From IMG/VR virus record IMGVR_UViG_3300044612_002375: 64,000 nt of DNA. The stretch is one strand, 5' to 3'. Positions 29,846 through 40,178 of the stretch are shown here, one piece after another. Below the pieces are notes generated by a model. The model did no database searches. It was not told the DNA's origin and saw only the letters and a list, made by a program, of their open reading frames with translations. Position 1 is the first letter of the stretch. Every line of letters begins with the position of its first letter. Position numbers and translations under genes: made by a program. The DNA comes from an uncultured virus (IMG/VR IMGVR_UViG_3300044612_002375) (taxonomy: Duplodnaviria > Heunggongvirae > Uroviricota > Caudoviricetes).

Positions 29846-30682
29846 TTAATATCCTCTGAAACCAGAGGGATGTCCCATTGAACTTGCCGCACCAGCGCTT
29901 TGGACTGCACCAAGTTCTCTTGTACGTCTCAAAACTTCCTTACCACCTAACATTTCAACACCAATTTTTAGACCCAATAGCGGATTATAAGGATCTATTG
30001 CTCCCAAATTTTTGCTATATTGCATTACTTTTTGAGCAAGTGGATTGTTTTCATTTGCAATCTTACTGGTTCCTGTCAAATTTTCTATTTGAGATAGTAC
30101 ATCACCGGCTACAGCTTCAAATCCAGAAAGAGTCATTTCTTGTTCTTTGCTAGCACCACTGCGGGCCACATCTAATGCACCTTTCAAAGAAACATTACTA
30201 CCAGCAGCAGTACTACCAGGTCTAGCTTTAATTTGTGAAGAGAAAAGACCTTTGGCTAAAAGCAGTTTTACGGCTGCAGGCATCATTTGGTCTGCAAAAT
30301 CCAAAGCACTTTGAGCTTGACCTAATGAGGTTATATAGTCTAAACCACCTTGGGTATTGTCTTGTTCTTCGCCCTTCTCATTTGTTGTACGTGAATTTGG
30401 AATATTAGAATTACCCCACATTATTTTTCCACGCAAACCTTCATCTTTTGTTTTTCCCTTTTTATCTTTATTTGTTGAAAGAAAATCTCCAGGTTGGATA
30501 TCATCTCCCCCACCCAATCCTTTTCCACCTGCACCACCATTAAAAGTAAAAGAAGGTCTCTTTTTAGTTTCTTTTTTACGACCAGGAGGTACAAAAGTAA
30601 CACCAGTCATAGATTCTTCAGTTAATTGAAGAATGTATTTAATGTAATCTTTGGAACCTTCGGTGATGCAGTCAAATGACAT
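29846..30682 (-). CDS. Hypothetical protein between gp21 and gp22 (possible internal head protein)
   Basis: 278-aa ORF coupled to gp21 by TAATG overlap. Confidence 0.6.
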   Translation of the reverse strand: MSFDCITEGSKDYIKYILQLTEESMTGVTFVPPGRKKETKKRPSFTFNGGAGGKGLGGGDDIQPGDFLSTNKDKKGKTKDEGLRGKIMWGNSNIPNSRTTNEKGEEQDNTQGGLDYITSLGQAQSALDFADQMMPAAVKLLLAKGLFSSQIKARPGSTAAGSNVSLKGALDVARSGASKEQEMTLSGFEAVAGDVLSQIENLTGTSKIANENNPLAQKVMQYSKNLGAIDPYNPLLGLKIGVEMLGGKEVLRRTRELGAVQSAGAASSMGHPSGFRGY

Positions 30683-31326
30683 TACATACTCCTAAAATAA
30701 TCGTTGAATAGTTTTACGATATTTTCGTTTAAATCTCTTTTGGAAGAACTTTTAATAATTCTTTTAGCATTGTTGAATTCTTTTTCAGACCAGCTGCCAT
30801 TTTCAAGAATCCATTCTTTTCCTTCCATGATTCCATTGACGAAAGCATTTGGAGCTGATGGATCGGCTACGATATCAACCGCAGCAAGCATGAAATCTTC
30901 TTGAACTTCTTGATAACCATTCTTACTCTTTAAAGAACCCATTCCACGGGTAGATACACCTAATTGTGCACCTTCTTCGATTAGGTTCTTTACAATACGA
31001 CCCATTGGGGTATCCATGATCTTAGCCTTACCGTAAATGGTATTGCCATCTTCATGAAGTTCCTTGACGATGTGAGATACACGATCAAGGTTGACTGTTG
31101 GGCCAGTTGGATGGTTTAGTTCACCAAGAGCACGGCCTTTGTCAACGTACTCGGTGATATATCTTTTGCATTCCTTGATAAGAATGCCCTGAGGATATAC
31201 TCTACCATTGCGATTCTTTACGCTGGCTTGCATAAAGATACCTTCAATGAAATAAGCCTTATCACCGTTTCCAGTGTTCTCTTTGATATACTTAATATCT
31301 TCGTTTATTTCAGTTATTAGTTTCAT
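30682..31326 (-). CDS. gp21: Prohead protease (T4 gp21)
   Basis: MKLITE, IEGIFMQ..NRNGRVYP, ALGELNHP, GVSTRGMGS, DIVADPSAP. Confidence 0.97.
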   Translation of the reverse strand: MKLITEINEDIKYIKENTGNGDKAYFIEGIFMQASVKNRNGRVYPQGILIKECKRYITEYVDKGRALGELNHPTGPTVNLDRVSHIVKELHEDGNTIYGKAKIMDTPMGRIVKNLIEEGAQLGVSTRGMGSLKSKNGYQEVQEDFMLAAVDIVADPSAPNAFVNGIMEGKEWILENGSWSEKEFNNAKRIIKSSSKRDLNENIVKLFNDYFRSM

Positions 31327-31480
31327 TGGTGGGCTTTATGATGGTTTTTGCTACTGTTTCGTACATTCCTTCAATTTTTTTGCCAGTCTTCTCATAAAGA
31401 AGCTTGGAGGTATTCTCTTTGAAAGCAACTACGTTCTCATCAATCATATTCTTTATTAGTTCATTTACTTTGGGATTCAT
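31310..31480 (-). CDS. Small prohead core protein (gp67/gp68 position)
   Basis: 56-aa ORF, ATGA overlap with upstream gene; synteny. Confidence 0.55.
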   Translation of the reverse strand: MNPKVNELIKNMIDENVVAFKENTSKLLYEKTGKKIEGMYETVAKTIIKPTNETNN

Positions 31481-31905
31481 TTTTGTAATACCTTTACTTT
31501 CTGGCAAAATTCAAGATGCTGATCTAAATTGGCCTTGCTTTCAAAAATAGATTCAACCATTAGGGTTCTATTTTTTGGGCTAAGTTGATCAAATAGTATC
31601 TTGATATCTTTAAGTTCTTTCTCTGTTATATTTATAACACTTTCATTTTTTAATTTAATTTTTGATGGATTTGAAGGATCATAAGATTCTAAAAACTCAA
31701 CAAAATTTTTAATTTCTTCTGATTTGGGAGTAAATTTGAATGAAGGCTCAAATAACTTCTTCTGGGTATGAATTTTTAGATATTCAATATTTTCATTTAG
31801 TTTTGTGCTTAAAGCACTTCTCAGAGATTTTTTGAATTCCTCATCATTATTTTGAATTAAACTTTCAAAACTCTTTTTTAGAAGTATGGTACTAGTTTCA
31901 TTCAT
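31477..31905 (-). CDS. Prohead core-like protein (gp67/gp68 position)
   Basis: 142-aa ORF between portal and protease. Confidence 0.55.
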   Translation of the reverse strand: MNETSTILLKKSFESLIQNNDEEFKKSLRSALSTKLNENIEYLKIHTQKKLFEPSFKFTPKSEEIKNFVEFLESYDPSNPSKIKLKNESVINITEKELKDIKILFDQLSPKNRTLMVESIFESKANLDQHLEFCQKVKVLQK

Positions 31906-33461
31906 TGTGGTGGCTCTCCTTCGCCAGCAGCCTGTTGTTGAGCCATCTGTGCCATTTGCTCAGCTTGGATTCTCTGTCTGTCAACTGCTATTTCTTTATT
32001 CATCTCTTGCATTTCTTCTTCAGTTTGTTTCAAAATCTTTCTACGAACATATTCTGAAGAGAAATACTTTCCAACATATGGATCAACAAACTGAACCATC
32101 TTTAGACGTTCTGCTAAAATTTCTGCTTCTTTGAGGTCCCAGAAATAATTGTCGGTATTGAATACTACTTTGATTTCTGGACGAAGTTCGTGCCAGTCAT
32201 CTTCAGTCATTATACCTTTTAGGATCAATTGGACTCGCAATAGATCCAAGAACAATTTGCTGAATTGATGGCGAAGTCTTTCAATAAATTTATAGAACTT
32301 GACTTCTTCTCTGGTAATTTCTACGGAACGGCCCATATTAAATCCAGTTTGATCTGACATCAAACGGCTAAGAGGAACGTTTAATGAAGCATACAACTTT
32401 TTCTTAAAGTATTCTACGTCTTCAATTTGAGACATGGCATTACCACCGGGAAGAGTAGTAATCTGTGTGCCATTAGAACCTTCACGGCGAGGAATCCAGT
32501 AATCTTCCAATACAGAAAGATGGTTTCTTTCGTCACGCACTTCGCCAGTAGTTTGATTGTAGATCAGGCGTGTGCGGAAACGGCTCATCATGTCACGAAC
32601 GTACTGTTCAGCCTTTTGCTTAGGAAGCTGTCCTACGTCAACGTAGAAGACTCTTCGTTCGGGTGCACGTGCAACACGGTAAACTAGAAGAGAATCTTCT
32701 AGTTGTCTCAACATGTTCAATGGTCTGATTGCTTTGTGCAGATAGCCAAGAACTCTTTTTGTATTGAGATCAATAACGCCAGATGGAACATAAACTATAC
32801 TATCTGGAGACAGATGCAGACCACCCGGTCCAGTCAACATATATGTTTCTTTATCGGTATTGGTATAAAGATAATATTCTTCAATTTTTTTGATTACACC
32901 AACTTGAGTATTTCCGACTCGTTCTTGTTGTTTTTCAACTTTACGAATCTTTTTTATCTTTAGAGGATCAAGAGGAATAATTTCCTCAATTCCATTCATT
33001 GGTTGATCTTTATCAATTGCAATATTATAAAATATACGAGAATCAATATACCATCTTCTAAAAATTTCATATGATTTTCCATTGAAATCCATTAGATGGA
33101 TGATTCTTTCAAATTCTTTGTAAATCTTTAATTTAATTGGCTCAGCAATTGGAACACTGACAAGATCTAATTTTACTGGTTTGCGGTCTGTACCCGGTAC
33201 AATTGATGCGTTTACAATTTCATCAATAGCATTGTCTACCTCTGGATAGATAGACATATTGCGATATTGAATGATGGATGCACCTTCATCACGAAGGTTG
33301 GCAGCATAGTCCAAAGCGGTTCCAAAAAATCCACCAGCCTCAACGGTAACAGTTCCATCAAAGATTTCAGGAGCAGCAATATTTTGCGCTACAATCTCAC
33401 TTTTTTTCTGTGGTTCGTCTTTTGTTCTACCAAACTGGAATCCAAAAATATCTATTTCCAT
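31902..33461 (-). CDS. gp20: Portal protein (T4 gp20)
   Basis: PEVDNAIDEIVN, YLHKAIRPLNMLRQLED, RAPERRVFYVDVG, EDYWIPRREG, LNVPLSRL. Confidence 0.97.
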   Translation of the reverse strand: MEIDIFGFQFGRTKDEPQKKSEIVAQNIAAPEIFDGTVTVEAGGFFGTALDYAANLRDEGASIIQYRNMSIYPEVDNAIDEIVNASIVPGTDRKPVKLDLVSVPIAEPIKLKIYKEFERIIHLMDFNGKSYEIFRRWYIDSRIFYNIAIDKDQPMNGIEEIIPLDPLKIKKIRKVEKQQERVGNTQVGVIKKIEEYYLYTNTDKETYMLTGPGGLHLSPDSIVYVPSGVIDLNTKRVLGYLHKAIRPLNMLRQLEDSLLVYRVARAPERRVFYVDVGQLPKQKAEQYVRDMMSRFRTRLIYNQTTGEVRDERNHLSVLEDYWIPRREGSNGTQITTLPGGNAMSQIEDVEYFKKKLYASLNVPLSRLMSDQTGFNMGRSVEITREEVKFYKFIERLRHQFSKLFLDLLRVQLILKGIMTEDDWHELRPEIKVVFNTDNYFWDLKEAEILAERLKMVQFVDPYVGKYFSSEYVRRKILKQTEEEMQEMNKEIAVDRQRIQAEQMAQMAQQQAAGEGEPPQ

Positions 33462-33474
33462 CAATAATTCCTTT

Positions 33475-34041
33475 TTATAAGCTGTCTCTTTGTGTTATGC
33501 TATCAATTGAAATTGTATCGTAAACAAAGACTACGTTAAAAGTATTTAACACATTTGGACGAGCCATGCTAAAAGACATCTCATTTATTGTTCTGGGCCA
33601 CAATCCATTTAAACGGAAACGCTTTAAAACATTTTCATTCAATCCAAGATGTTCAATATACCAGTTAACTTTATAGTTTGGGGTAACTGAATATCTTGTT
33701 TTATTGTCAACATGATTGTTTATAAAATTATGCCACCGATGAAATCTTTTCCACAAATCTCCACTATCTGTGTCATCTACAATGGACACAGACCATGTGG
33801 AATACAGTTTTTCACCGGGATAATTTAATTTTCTACCAAAATAGTCATATGAAACTGTGCTTGTCTGTAGAGTAGGTATAAGAGTTGATCTAATATGAAA
33901 TGGAATTGCGGTTCCAGCATTATTCGAATTGCCTGCATTAGAAGCAGTAGCAGCCCCAGAAGGAAAACTTCCTGTCACCAAAAATCTATTTTGGCGAGTA
34001 CCACCTTTAAAGTTATCTTTAAATTCATTTAGTGATGCCAT
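33475..34041 (-). CDS. gp19: Tail tube protein paralog 2 (T4 gp19-like)
   Basis: GGTRQNRF, YFGRKLNYPGE, WSVSIVDD, LWP. Confidence 0.8.
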   Translation of the reverse strand: MASLNEFKDNFKGGTRQNRFLVTGSFPSGAATASNAGNSNNAGTAIPFHIRSTLIPTLQTSTVSYDYFGRKLNYPGEKLYSTWSVSIVDDTDSGDLWKRFHRWHNFINNHVDNKTRYSVTPNYKVNWYIEHLGLNENVLKRFRLNGLWPRTINEMSFSMARPNVLNTFNVVFVYDTISIDSITQRDSL

Positions 34042-34043
34042 GG

Positions 34044-34583
34044 TCAGATTCCAGTAAGTATGTCTATATAATCGAATGTTAATGTTACATCAAAGGTAAC
34101 AAATTCAGATGAGCCTAAGTCAAAATTAATTCCACCAACTTCACTTGGCCAACATCTATTTAATTTAATTTTTCTTAATACTTCACCATTTGGTCTCAAT
34201 TGTTCTATAAAAAAAGTAGTTTGTAAATTGGAATAAGAATAATTGTTACCTTCTACTTTATGTGTAAGATGGCCATCCAATTTTTCTTTCCAACTATTAA
34301 ATGCTTTCCATAAAGCACTGTCATTGTCATCATAAATTCTAACTGGCCATACTGAATATTGACGGTCTCCGGCAAAATACGCCATTCTTCCTCTGTATGG
34401 AACACCTATAACACCAACATCTGCTTTTGGTAATGATCCAGATGATATAAGAAATGAACTAGTAGAATTATTATTCCCAACATTTACTGTACTTGGAAAA
34501 GTAGGAATAATACGAAAACGGTTTGCTCTAGTACCGCCCTTAAACCCAGCTTTAAATTGGTTTAATGAGTTATATGATGCCAT
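34044..34583 (-). CDS. gp19: Tail tube protein paralog 1 (T4 gp19-like)
   Basis: GGTRANRF, VPYRGR..AGDR..W..RIYDD, CWPSEVG.I, FDVTLTFDY. Confidence 0.88.
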   Translation of the reverse strand: MASYNSLNQFKAGFKGGTRANRFRIIPTFPSTVNVGNNNSTSSFLISSGSLPKADVGVIGVPYRGRMAYFAGDRQYSVWPVRIYDDNDSALWKAFNSWKEKLDGHLTHKVEGNNYSYSNLQTTFFIEQLRPNGEVLRKIKLNRCWPSEVGGINFDLGSSEFVTFDVTLTFDYIDILTGI

Positions 34584-34584
34584 A

Positions 34585-35886
34585 TTATTGGTTTAGAGTT
34601 ATATTGAGTGTAAACGAGGTTGTTCCAATCAATGGAGTTACATTTACAAAGATTGTAAGTGTTGATACATTGTCATTGTTGTTGGTAGAATCGCAAATAA
34701 CTTGATTTTTTGTAGCATCCAAATACGTAGTATATTGTAACAAATAATTTGTTATTTCTCCAGTAACTAGATTTCTGGTTGTTGAATTATTCAACTCATA
34801 GAGATATTTAAGACCAATGTTTGTAATATCTCTCTTCATTTTGGCCTTCATTTGAGCTGGGCCAATTCTTTCATCAACTATTGGATTAGATGTTGAAGCA
34901 GTTGCTCCAACTAAATCAGCACCAAGGAATTTGGTTGTATAATTTAAGAAATAGTTTACACGAGCATTTTTAAGAAGATTTTTAAGATCAGTATCAGCAA
35001 AGTTTACTGTGGTTGTTACATCTCCATTTAAAATGAAGCCTCTAGCCGATCCTGCAATAGTTAAATAAAGTTCATTTCTAGCATTAACGCGTGTAAACAT
35101 ACCAGCAACATCAGCACTAAGATTATTAACATAAGTCAGTACACCGGAAGTATAAAGAGATGGAACTGGAAGATTTGTTACTGTTTTTTGACCATACACA
35201 GAAAATACACGATCAGCTACAGTTGCGCCTTCGACAAATGATGTTCCATTAAAAACAAAATTTGTTAAAGTTGTTCCCGCACCATCATCTAGACTGGGAA
35301 ATACACCAATAGTATATGGTGCTTCCCTTTCAAGCCATCTTTGGGCGCCAGAAAAACCTAAACCAGTTGCACCCATAATCAAATCAAAGTCTGTATTATA
35401 ATCAGTTTTCCAATCCAAAAAACCTTTTGTAGTTCCTGCAACAACAAGATTACCACCGTACGAAAGATAATCTAATGCATATAAAAATTCTCTTCCGGCA
35501 CCAGTAACTCCAAGATTACTGGTTTGATCACTATTAATTATACCATCATAGATAAAGAATCCAAAACTATTTCCTGTAGTTGTTGTAGGATTTATTAAAG
35601 CCCCAGTAACACCATTTAATTTGTTTAAATCATTAATCATTGCTGATGGCGAAGTGTAATACACATACGTTGATGCGGTAGTACCTATTGCTGGCGATGA
35701 CTTAATTGCTCTGGCATAAATTAGCCAACCAAATAAATTTCCGGGATTGTTTGATGCTCCAACAGAACTAAATGTTGGGGCTACATAAGTTAAACCTATC
35801 AAATAGCCGCAATCCATCTTAAATGCATCAGAGGCTGTTTCAGTTCGAAATTGATTAGTGCTAGTAAAAGAACTAAGAGTTGGCAT
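34585..35886 (-). CDS. gp18: Highly diverged, shortened tail sheath protein (T4 gp18-like)
   Basis: Between gp17 and gp19; remnants YLSYGGNL, AGSARG, YELNNSTTR, VICDSTNN. Confidence 0.7.
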   Translation of the reverse strand: MPTLSSFTSTNQFRTETASDAFKMDCGYLIGLTYVAPTFSSVGASNNPGNLFGWLIYARAIKSSPAIGTTASTYVYYTSPSAMINDLNKLNGVTGALINPTTTTGNSFGFFIYDGIINSDQTSNLGVTGAGREFLYALDYLSYGGNLVVAGTTKGFLDWKTDYNTDFDLIMGATGLGFSGAQRWLEREAPYTIGVFPSLDDGAGTTLTNFVFNGTSFVEGATVADRVFSVYGQKTVTNLPVPSLYTSGVLTYVNNLSADVAGMFTRVNARNELYLTIAGSARGFILNGDVTTTVNFADTDLKNLLKNARVNYFLNYTTKFLGADLVGATASTSNPIVDERIGPAQMKAKMKRDITNIGLKYLYELNNSTTRNLVTGEITNYLLQYTTYLDATKNQVICDSTNNNDNVSTLTIFVNVTPLIGTTSFTLNITLNQ

Positions 35887-35922
35887 GATTGTCCTTTTTT
35901 ATCACTAATATTTAGTAATTTT

Positions 35923-37572
35923 TTATACCTTCTTCCAAACAACATTTCCATCAGAAAATTCATCATCTTCCATAGATTCTTCGCTTAACATGAATAAAGT
36001 ATTGTCATCTTCTGGCTTTTTGGCTTCTTCATAATTAAATTTTGCGCTTTCAATCAAATCTGCAAAGTATTCTTGTCTTGTTAACCAAGCAAAGAATACC
36101 AAAGTCATTACCAAATCATCATTATGTCCTTCTTCGGCCTTGAATGTATTTGACTTTGAAACAAATGTTATTAATTCAGCCAATATTCTTTCATCATTTA
36201 TTAAAATTTTGTCTTCTTCAACTAACCTTTTAAATATAGCACACCCTAATTTTTTGGTTTGGGTAGTTGTTCTTAATCCCATTTCACTTCTTCCACCAGC
36301 AAATCCTTGTGACAACATTTGTCCTTTCCGACCCATTATTTTGGTCATAAGAACATTTTCATATTCCAAATCATTATAAAGAATAGAAGAAACTTGCCCA
36401 CCTATGTCATTTGTTTCTACAAGGACATAAGCATTATTATATCGTTCTCCAACTTTTTTAATTACATTTGGAAAATTAAAAGGACTTACTGCATTATTTC
36501 GATATGATGCAACTACCTTATATGGAGTCGAAGTACCATTTATTACAGTGAATGCCGAATAGTCTGAACCTTGTCCTCTGGAGACATCGGCTTGTAAAAA
36601 GTAAATTTCATCTTTTTTAGGAAGTTCAAATATTCTAAGTCCATCAGAATCTTCTTGCAAAAACTCCTCTGGTGCCAAAACGTTTAGTTTTGAGGTAGCG
36701 ATCAGTGTATTGGACGATCCCAAGAAACTACAGCCATATTCCTGTTCAAACTGCTCTGGGCTTGTATTGGCAATCTGTTCCGCTGCCCAAACATCGTCTC
36801 TTTTTCTTCCACCCGAGGTAATCGGTACATCTCTCCAACTAACTTCTATGGGAATAAATTTATTCTTTAGTTTATGGCCCTCTGCTCTATTGGCATCAAC
36901 CCAAAGTTTATGAAAGTGATTCATTCCATTAGGGGTAGAAACTATTACAAGCTTGGTGGTGGTACCTGCTGAAATGGTAGGATAGGTAGATGCATAAAAT
37001 TCTTCAGCTACGTGAGATGGCAAGAAGGCATATTCGTCTAAAAGAAGAAAATTAAACGAACCACCACGGATTGCACCGGAAGAGGTAGCATCACATACTA
37101 CTCTGGAACCATTTTCCAATTTTAAAGATGTCTTATTCCACTCCACTACACCCTGTTGTAGGAATTGTGGTAAATTTTCATAGGCTAACTGTAATTTTGA
37201 ATACAATTCATCTTTGGCCGTCTTTAGTCTGTTTGCTAAAATTGCCACGCTTACACTTTGGTTAAAGGTAATATAATGACAGATATAACCAATTACGGAG
37301 GTAGACTTACCAGACTGACGAGGCCATTTTGAAATAACAAATCTATTTTTATGAATATAATTAACAAACTTTTGTTGATAATCATAAAGCTCAAAGGGCA
37401 TGATACCCTTGTCAAGAGTTTTTACTTTGATGTATTTGTTACAAAAGTATACAGGATCATTTGCACATTTAATATATTCGTCTAGTTGTTCTTTTGTATA
37501 CTGAAGCTCAATGCCCGGTGGTTTGAGTTTTGAATTATTTCTATATCCCTGATTATTCTTGTTGAGACTCAT
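35923..37572 (-). CDS. gp17: Terminase large subunit (T4 gp17)
   Basis: PRQSGKST, LLDEYAF, STPNGMNHF, FEQEYGCSF, ADVSRG, HNDDLVM. Confidence 0.97.
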   Translation of the reverse strand: MSLNKNNQGYRNNSKLKPPGIELQYTKEQLDEYIKCANDPVYFCNKYIKVKTLDKGIMPFELYDYQQKFVNYIHKNRFVISKWPRQSGKSTSVIGYICHYITFNQSVSVAILANRLKTAKDELYSKLQLAYENLPQFLQQGVVEWNKTSLKLENGSRVVCDATSSGAIRGGSFNFLLLDEYAFLPSHVAEEFYASTYPTISAGTTTKLVIVSTPNGMNHFHKLWVDANRAEGHKLKNKFIPIEVSWRDVPITSGGRKRDDVWAAEQIANTSPEQFEQEYGCSFLGSSNTLIATSKLNVLAPEEFLQEDSDGLRIFELPKKDEIYFLQADVSRGQGSDYSAFTVINGTSTPYKVVASYRNNAVSPFNFPNVIKKVGERYNNAYVLVETNDIGGQVSSILYNDLEYENVLMTKIMGRKGQMLSQGFAGGRSEMGLRTTTQTKKLGCAIFKRLVEEDKILINDERILAELITFVSKSNTFKAEEGHNDDLVMTLVFFAWLTRQEYFADLIESAKFNYEEAKKPEDDNTLFMLSEESMEDDEFSDGNVVWKKV

Positions 37573-37993
37573 TCTTTATTGCCTCTATATCAATCACATT
37601 TTTTTCTGTACTTCTATCTTTATTTAACAGGTTCTGCAAATCCTTTGTTGAACCAACAAATACAGAATTATTTGTCTGCTTTATTTCAGTCTTACTATTT
37701 GTAGTTTCTTTAGCTTTTTTGTGCACATCCAATACATTGTTGTTTAAATCTGCCATTGTCTTTAAAAGAATAGCAACCACTTCAAACGCTCTGGGTGCAT
37801 CAGATTCAGTAGCAACTTTCAATGCAGCCTCCAAAGCAATATTTCCGCTACCAATCAAATCTTTTAGATTTGATTGTACAAGTGTATAATCTTTTTGAAA
37901 ATTATTTGCATCGTACGTACCACCCATAATTTCTTTTGATTTGGAATCTGGGTGTACTGGGACATTAAAAAATTTAGCTAATTGTTTATTCAT
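37553..37993 (-). CDS. gp16: Terminase small subunit (T4 gp16)
   Basis: DY....NL..LI, PRAFEV, NNSVFVGSTKDLQ. Confidence 0.9.
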   Translation of the reverse strand: MNKQLAKFFNVPVHPDSKSKEIMGGTYDANNFQKDYTLVQSNLKDLIGSGNIALEAALKVATESDAPRAFEVVAILLKTMADLNNNVLDVHKKAKETTNSKTEIKQTNNSVFVGSTKDLQNLLNKDRSTEKNVIDIEAIKNESQQE

Positions 37994-38667
37994 GAGTCAA
38001 ATCCAAATGCGATTCCAGCTGTTAGGCCAGAAACAGAAACTGAATTGATAACAGTTCCATTTTGCACTTTTCCAAATATATAACTTTTTGCTACAAAAGT
38101 AAATGAAGAAATATTAATACGGCGAGTAGAAAGATCGCCATCATACCTTTCACTGATGCTATTAGAAACCATTGTTATGGGTATATTGATACCCGGTTTT
38201 GCAGGATTTAAATCCATTGTTATCACGTGATGTGGATTAAAATATGGCATTATTTGTTCAACAATTTGCAGTGTATCATCAATATGTCTTGAATAAATAA
38301 ACAAAGTAAATCCTATATTGACTGGAATTTCTTCGGTTATAACCAGTGGATTTTCGGCACAATTTGCTGTTGACCGTGAAAGTGAAGGTGTATTTACATT
38401 GCGTCTTCGGCTTGGATCCGCTTGTATGTTCGTCATAACATAACTCATACGCGGAAGCTGGTTTTCAATTCTTAAACCATCATTAATTGATGATGGTTCT
38501 AAAAACCTTATTATAAATTTTTCTTGAGAAGCATAAGTAATGGGCACACGAATGTTAAGATCGTTACCACCATCAGGATTAACATGGTCAACAGATATAT
38601 TGTTGAATAGGGTACCAAATCCTATCACTATTTTTCTAAGACTTTGGTTGTAAAAATATCCAAACAT
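37990..38667 (-). CDS. gp15: Tail sheath stabiliser/terminator (T4 gp15)
   Basis: YFYNQSLRK...FGTLFNNI, VPITYA..EKF, LPRMS, QIVEQIMPYFNP. Confidence 0.92.
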   Translation of the reverse strand: MFGYFYNQSLRKIVIGFGTLFNNISVDHVNPDGGNDLNIRVPITYASQEKFIIRFLEPSSINDGLRIENQLPRMSYVMTNIQADPSRRRNVNTPSLSRSTANCAENPLVITEEIPVNIGFTLFIYSRHIDDTLQIVEQIMPYFNPHHVITMDLNPAKPGINIPITMVSNSISERYDGDLSTRRINISSFTFVAKSYIFGKVQNGTVINSVSVSGLTAGIAFGFDS

Positions 38668-38675
38668 TTATTACC

Positions 38676-39341
38676 TTAAGGACTTTCTTCTGTTGCAAAA
38701 GGATTCTGAGGATCAAACGTATATCCGTTGGCTTCTGTTTGTAGAATATCATTTACACCAGCAGTTGTACCGATATTTATATTGAGTGGTATGATTTGAG
38801 AACCAGATAGTCCACGAGTTTGAGAAATAATAGAATCAATTGTTTGATTATTTGTTTCAACCTTCTCATAACTATAGGTAAACAATTCTGCAGTTATCAT
38901 ATAAGAATAAAGCTTTCCAAATGGATACAATGGATTTTCATGTTCTACAAAGTTTATTTCAAATAAAGACTTTGAAAGAGGAAAATAAATTAAATCACCT
39001 TCTCTTGGTCTTGTTACAGACGGTTGATTTGCAATTACTTCTTGAGCAAATCTTTTTCTTGCAAAAAGTAATGTAACTTTATCTTTAATCTCAAGACCAA
39101 ATTGAGTTATTACATCAGTTCCATCAAATCCTTTATAATTCATCAAATACATTTCTAGTGTATAAGATTTTGTAAATGATGATCCAGGATCTTCACCAAA
39201 AATTCCATCTATTGAAAAATATTCTCTTGGAACATATATACAATCCTGTCCCATTGCCTGTATTACTTCTATAGTAATACTTTCGGTGAGATCTTGCTCA
39301 CCTTTATTACTATAATTTGATATGTATGGGTTTGTTGCCAT
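38676..39341 (-). CDS. gp14: Neck protein (T4 gp14)
   Basis: EQDL, YVPRE, FGLEIKD, RPREGDLIYFP, LFEINFVEHENP, NPF. Confidence 0.93.
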   Translation of the reverse strand: MATNPYISNYSNKGEQDLTESITIEVIQAMGQDCIYVPREYFSIDGIFGEDPGSSFTKSYTLEMYLMNYKGFDGTDVITQFGLEIKDKVTLLFARKRFAQEVIANQPSVTRPREGDLIYFPLSKSLFEINFVEHENPLYPFGKLYSYMITAELFTYSYEKVETNNQTIDSIISQTRGLSGSQIIPLNINIGTTAGVNDILQTEANGYTFDPQNPFATEESP

Positions 39342-39342
39342 T

Positions 39343-40170
39343 TTAACCTATTAGTGGATCTGGGGGCAGTTCTTGTGTTTTTACGAGCTGTTGTTCTATG
39401 ACATTGAGTTCGTTCATGGCTTCCGTCATCATTGCTGGTGCATTTAACTGTGCACCACCGGGCAAAGGAACTCCTGCAAACTTTAACAAATTTTGAGCCC
39501 ATTGTTTTTTCAATAGTGCAGTATAATATCTTTTGAAAACTCTATCATTCCAAACTTTATTATATTGACTGGTATCAATTTGAACATAGGCTTCCACCAT
39601 CAAAAATGCTCCTGCGGGAAGTTTACTATGTTCTGTATCCAAGAAAAGCCTATCGGTTGTTCTTGTGTATGTAAATGATGTGGGATAGTTAAATACATCG
39701 TTAACTAGTTTGATATAACTCATACCTTCCATGTATGCAGCCATTGGTCCTTGTGGGGCACCAGATTGATTAAAATACAATCCGAAGAAATCAAATAATG
39801 TCATTTGATACCGTAAATCAAACATATAATCACCAACAATATCGCTTGGTGCATATACTTTTGTAATGGTACGAATATCTGTTGCTATAGGCCAGTAACC
39901 AGTATTGCCATCTTCATCTGTTTTAATTTGTGCACCGAGAGCTGGTCCAAATTGAGTTGTGTCAAAATATCTATTAGCCCTATCTGCTTCTGTTATTCTA
40001 TATGCAAATAAAGCACGTTGATTAAAATCAAAGTGTCTTTCATACATATATTCCAGTGCTTCGTCAAGACGATCTTCAGCTTGAGTGGGGTCTATGTTTA
40101 CCTGAATAACAGGAGCACCAAGGGATCTATAGCAATAGTCTATAAAATTTTGACGGGTTGTAATGGCCAT
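39343..40170 (-). CDS. gp13: Neck protein (T4 gp13)
   Basis: LGAPVIQVNI..QAEDRLDEAL, KKQWAQNL.KF.GV.LPGG. Confidence 0.93.
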   Translation of the reverse strand: MAITTRQNFIDYCYRSLGAPVIQVNIDPTQAEDRLDEALEYMYERHFDFNQRALFAYRITEADRANRYFDTTQFGPALGAQIKTDEDGNTGYWPIATDIRTITKVYAPSDIVGDYMFDLRYQMTLFDFFGLYFNQSGAPQGPMAAYMEGMSYIKLVNDVFNYPTSFTYTRTTDRLFLDTEHSKLPAGAFLMVEAYVQIDTSQYNKVWNDRVFKRYYTALLKKQWAQNLLKFAGVPLPGGAQLNAPAMMTEAMNELNVIEQQLVKTQELPPDPLIG

Positions 40171-40178
40171 GAAAATAT

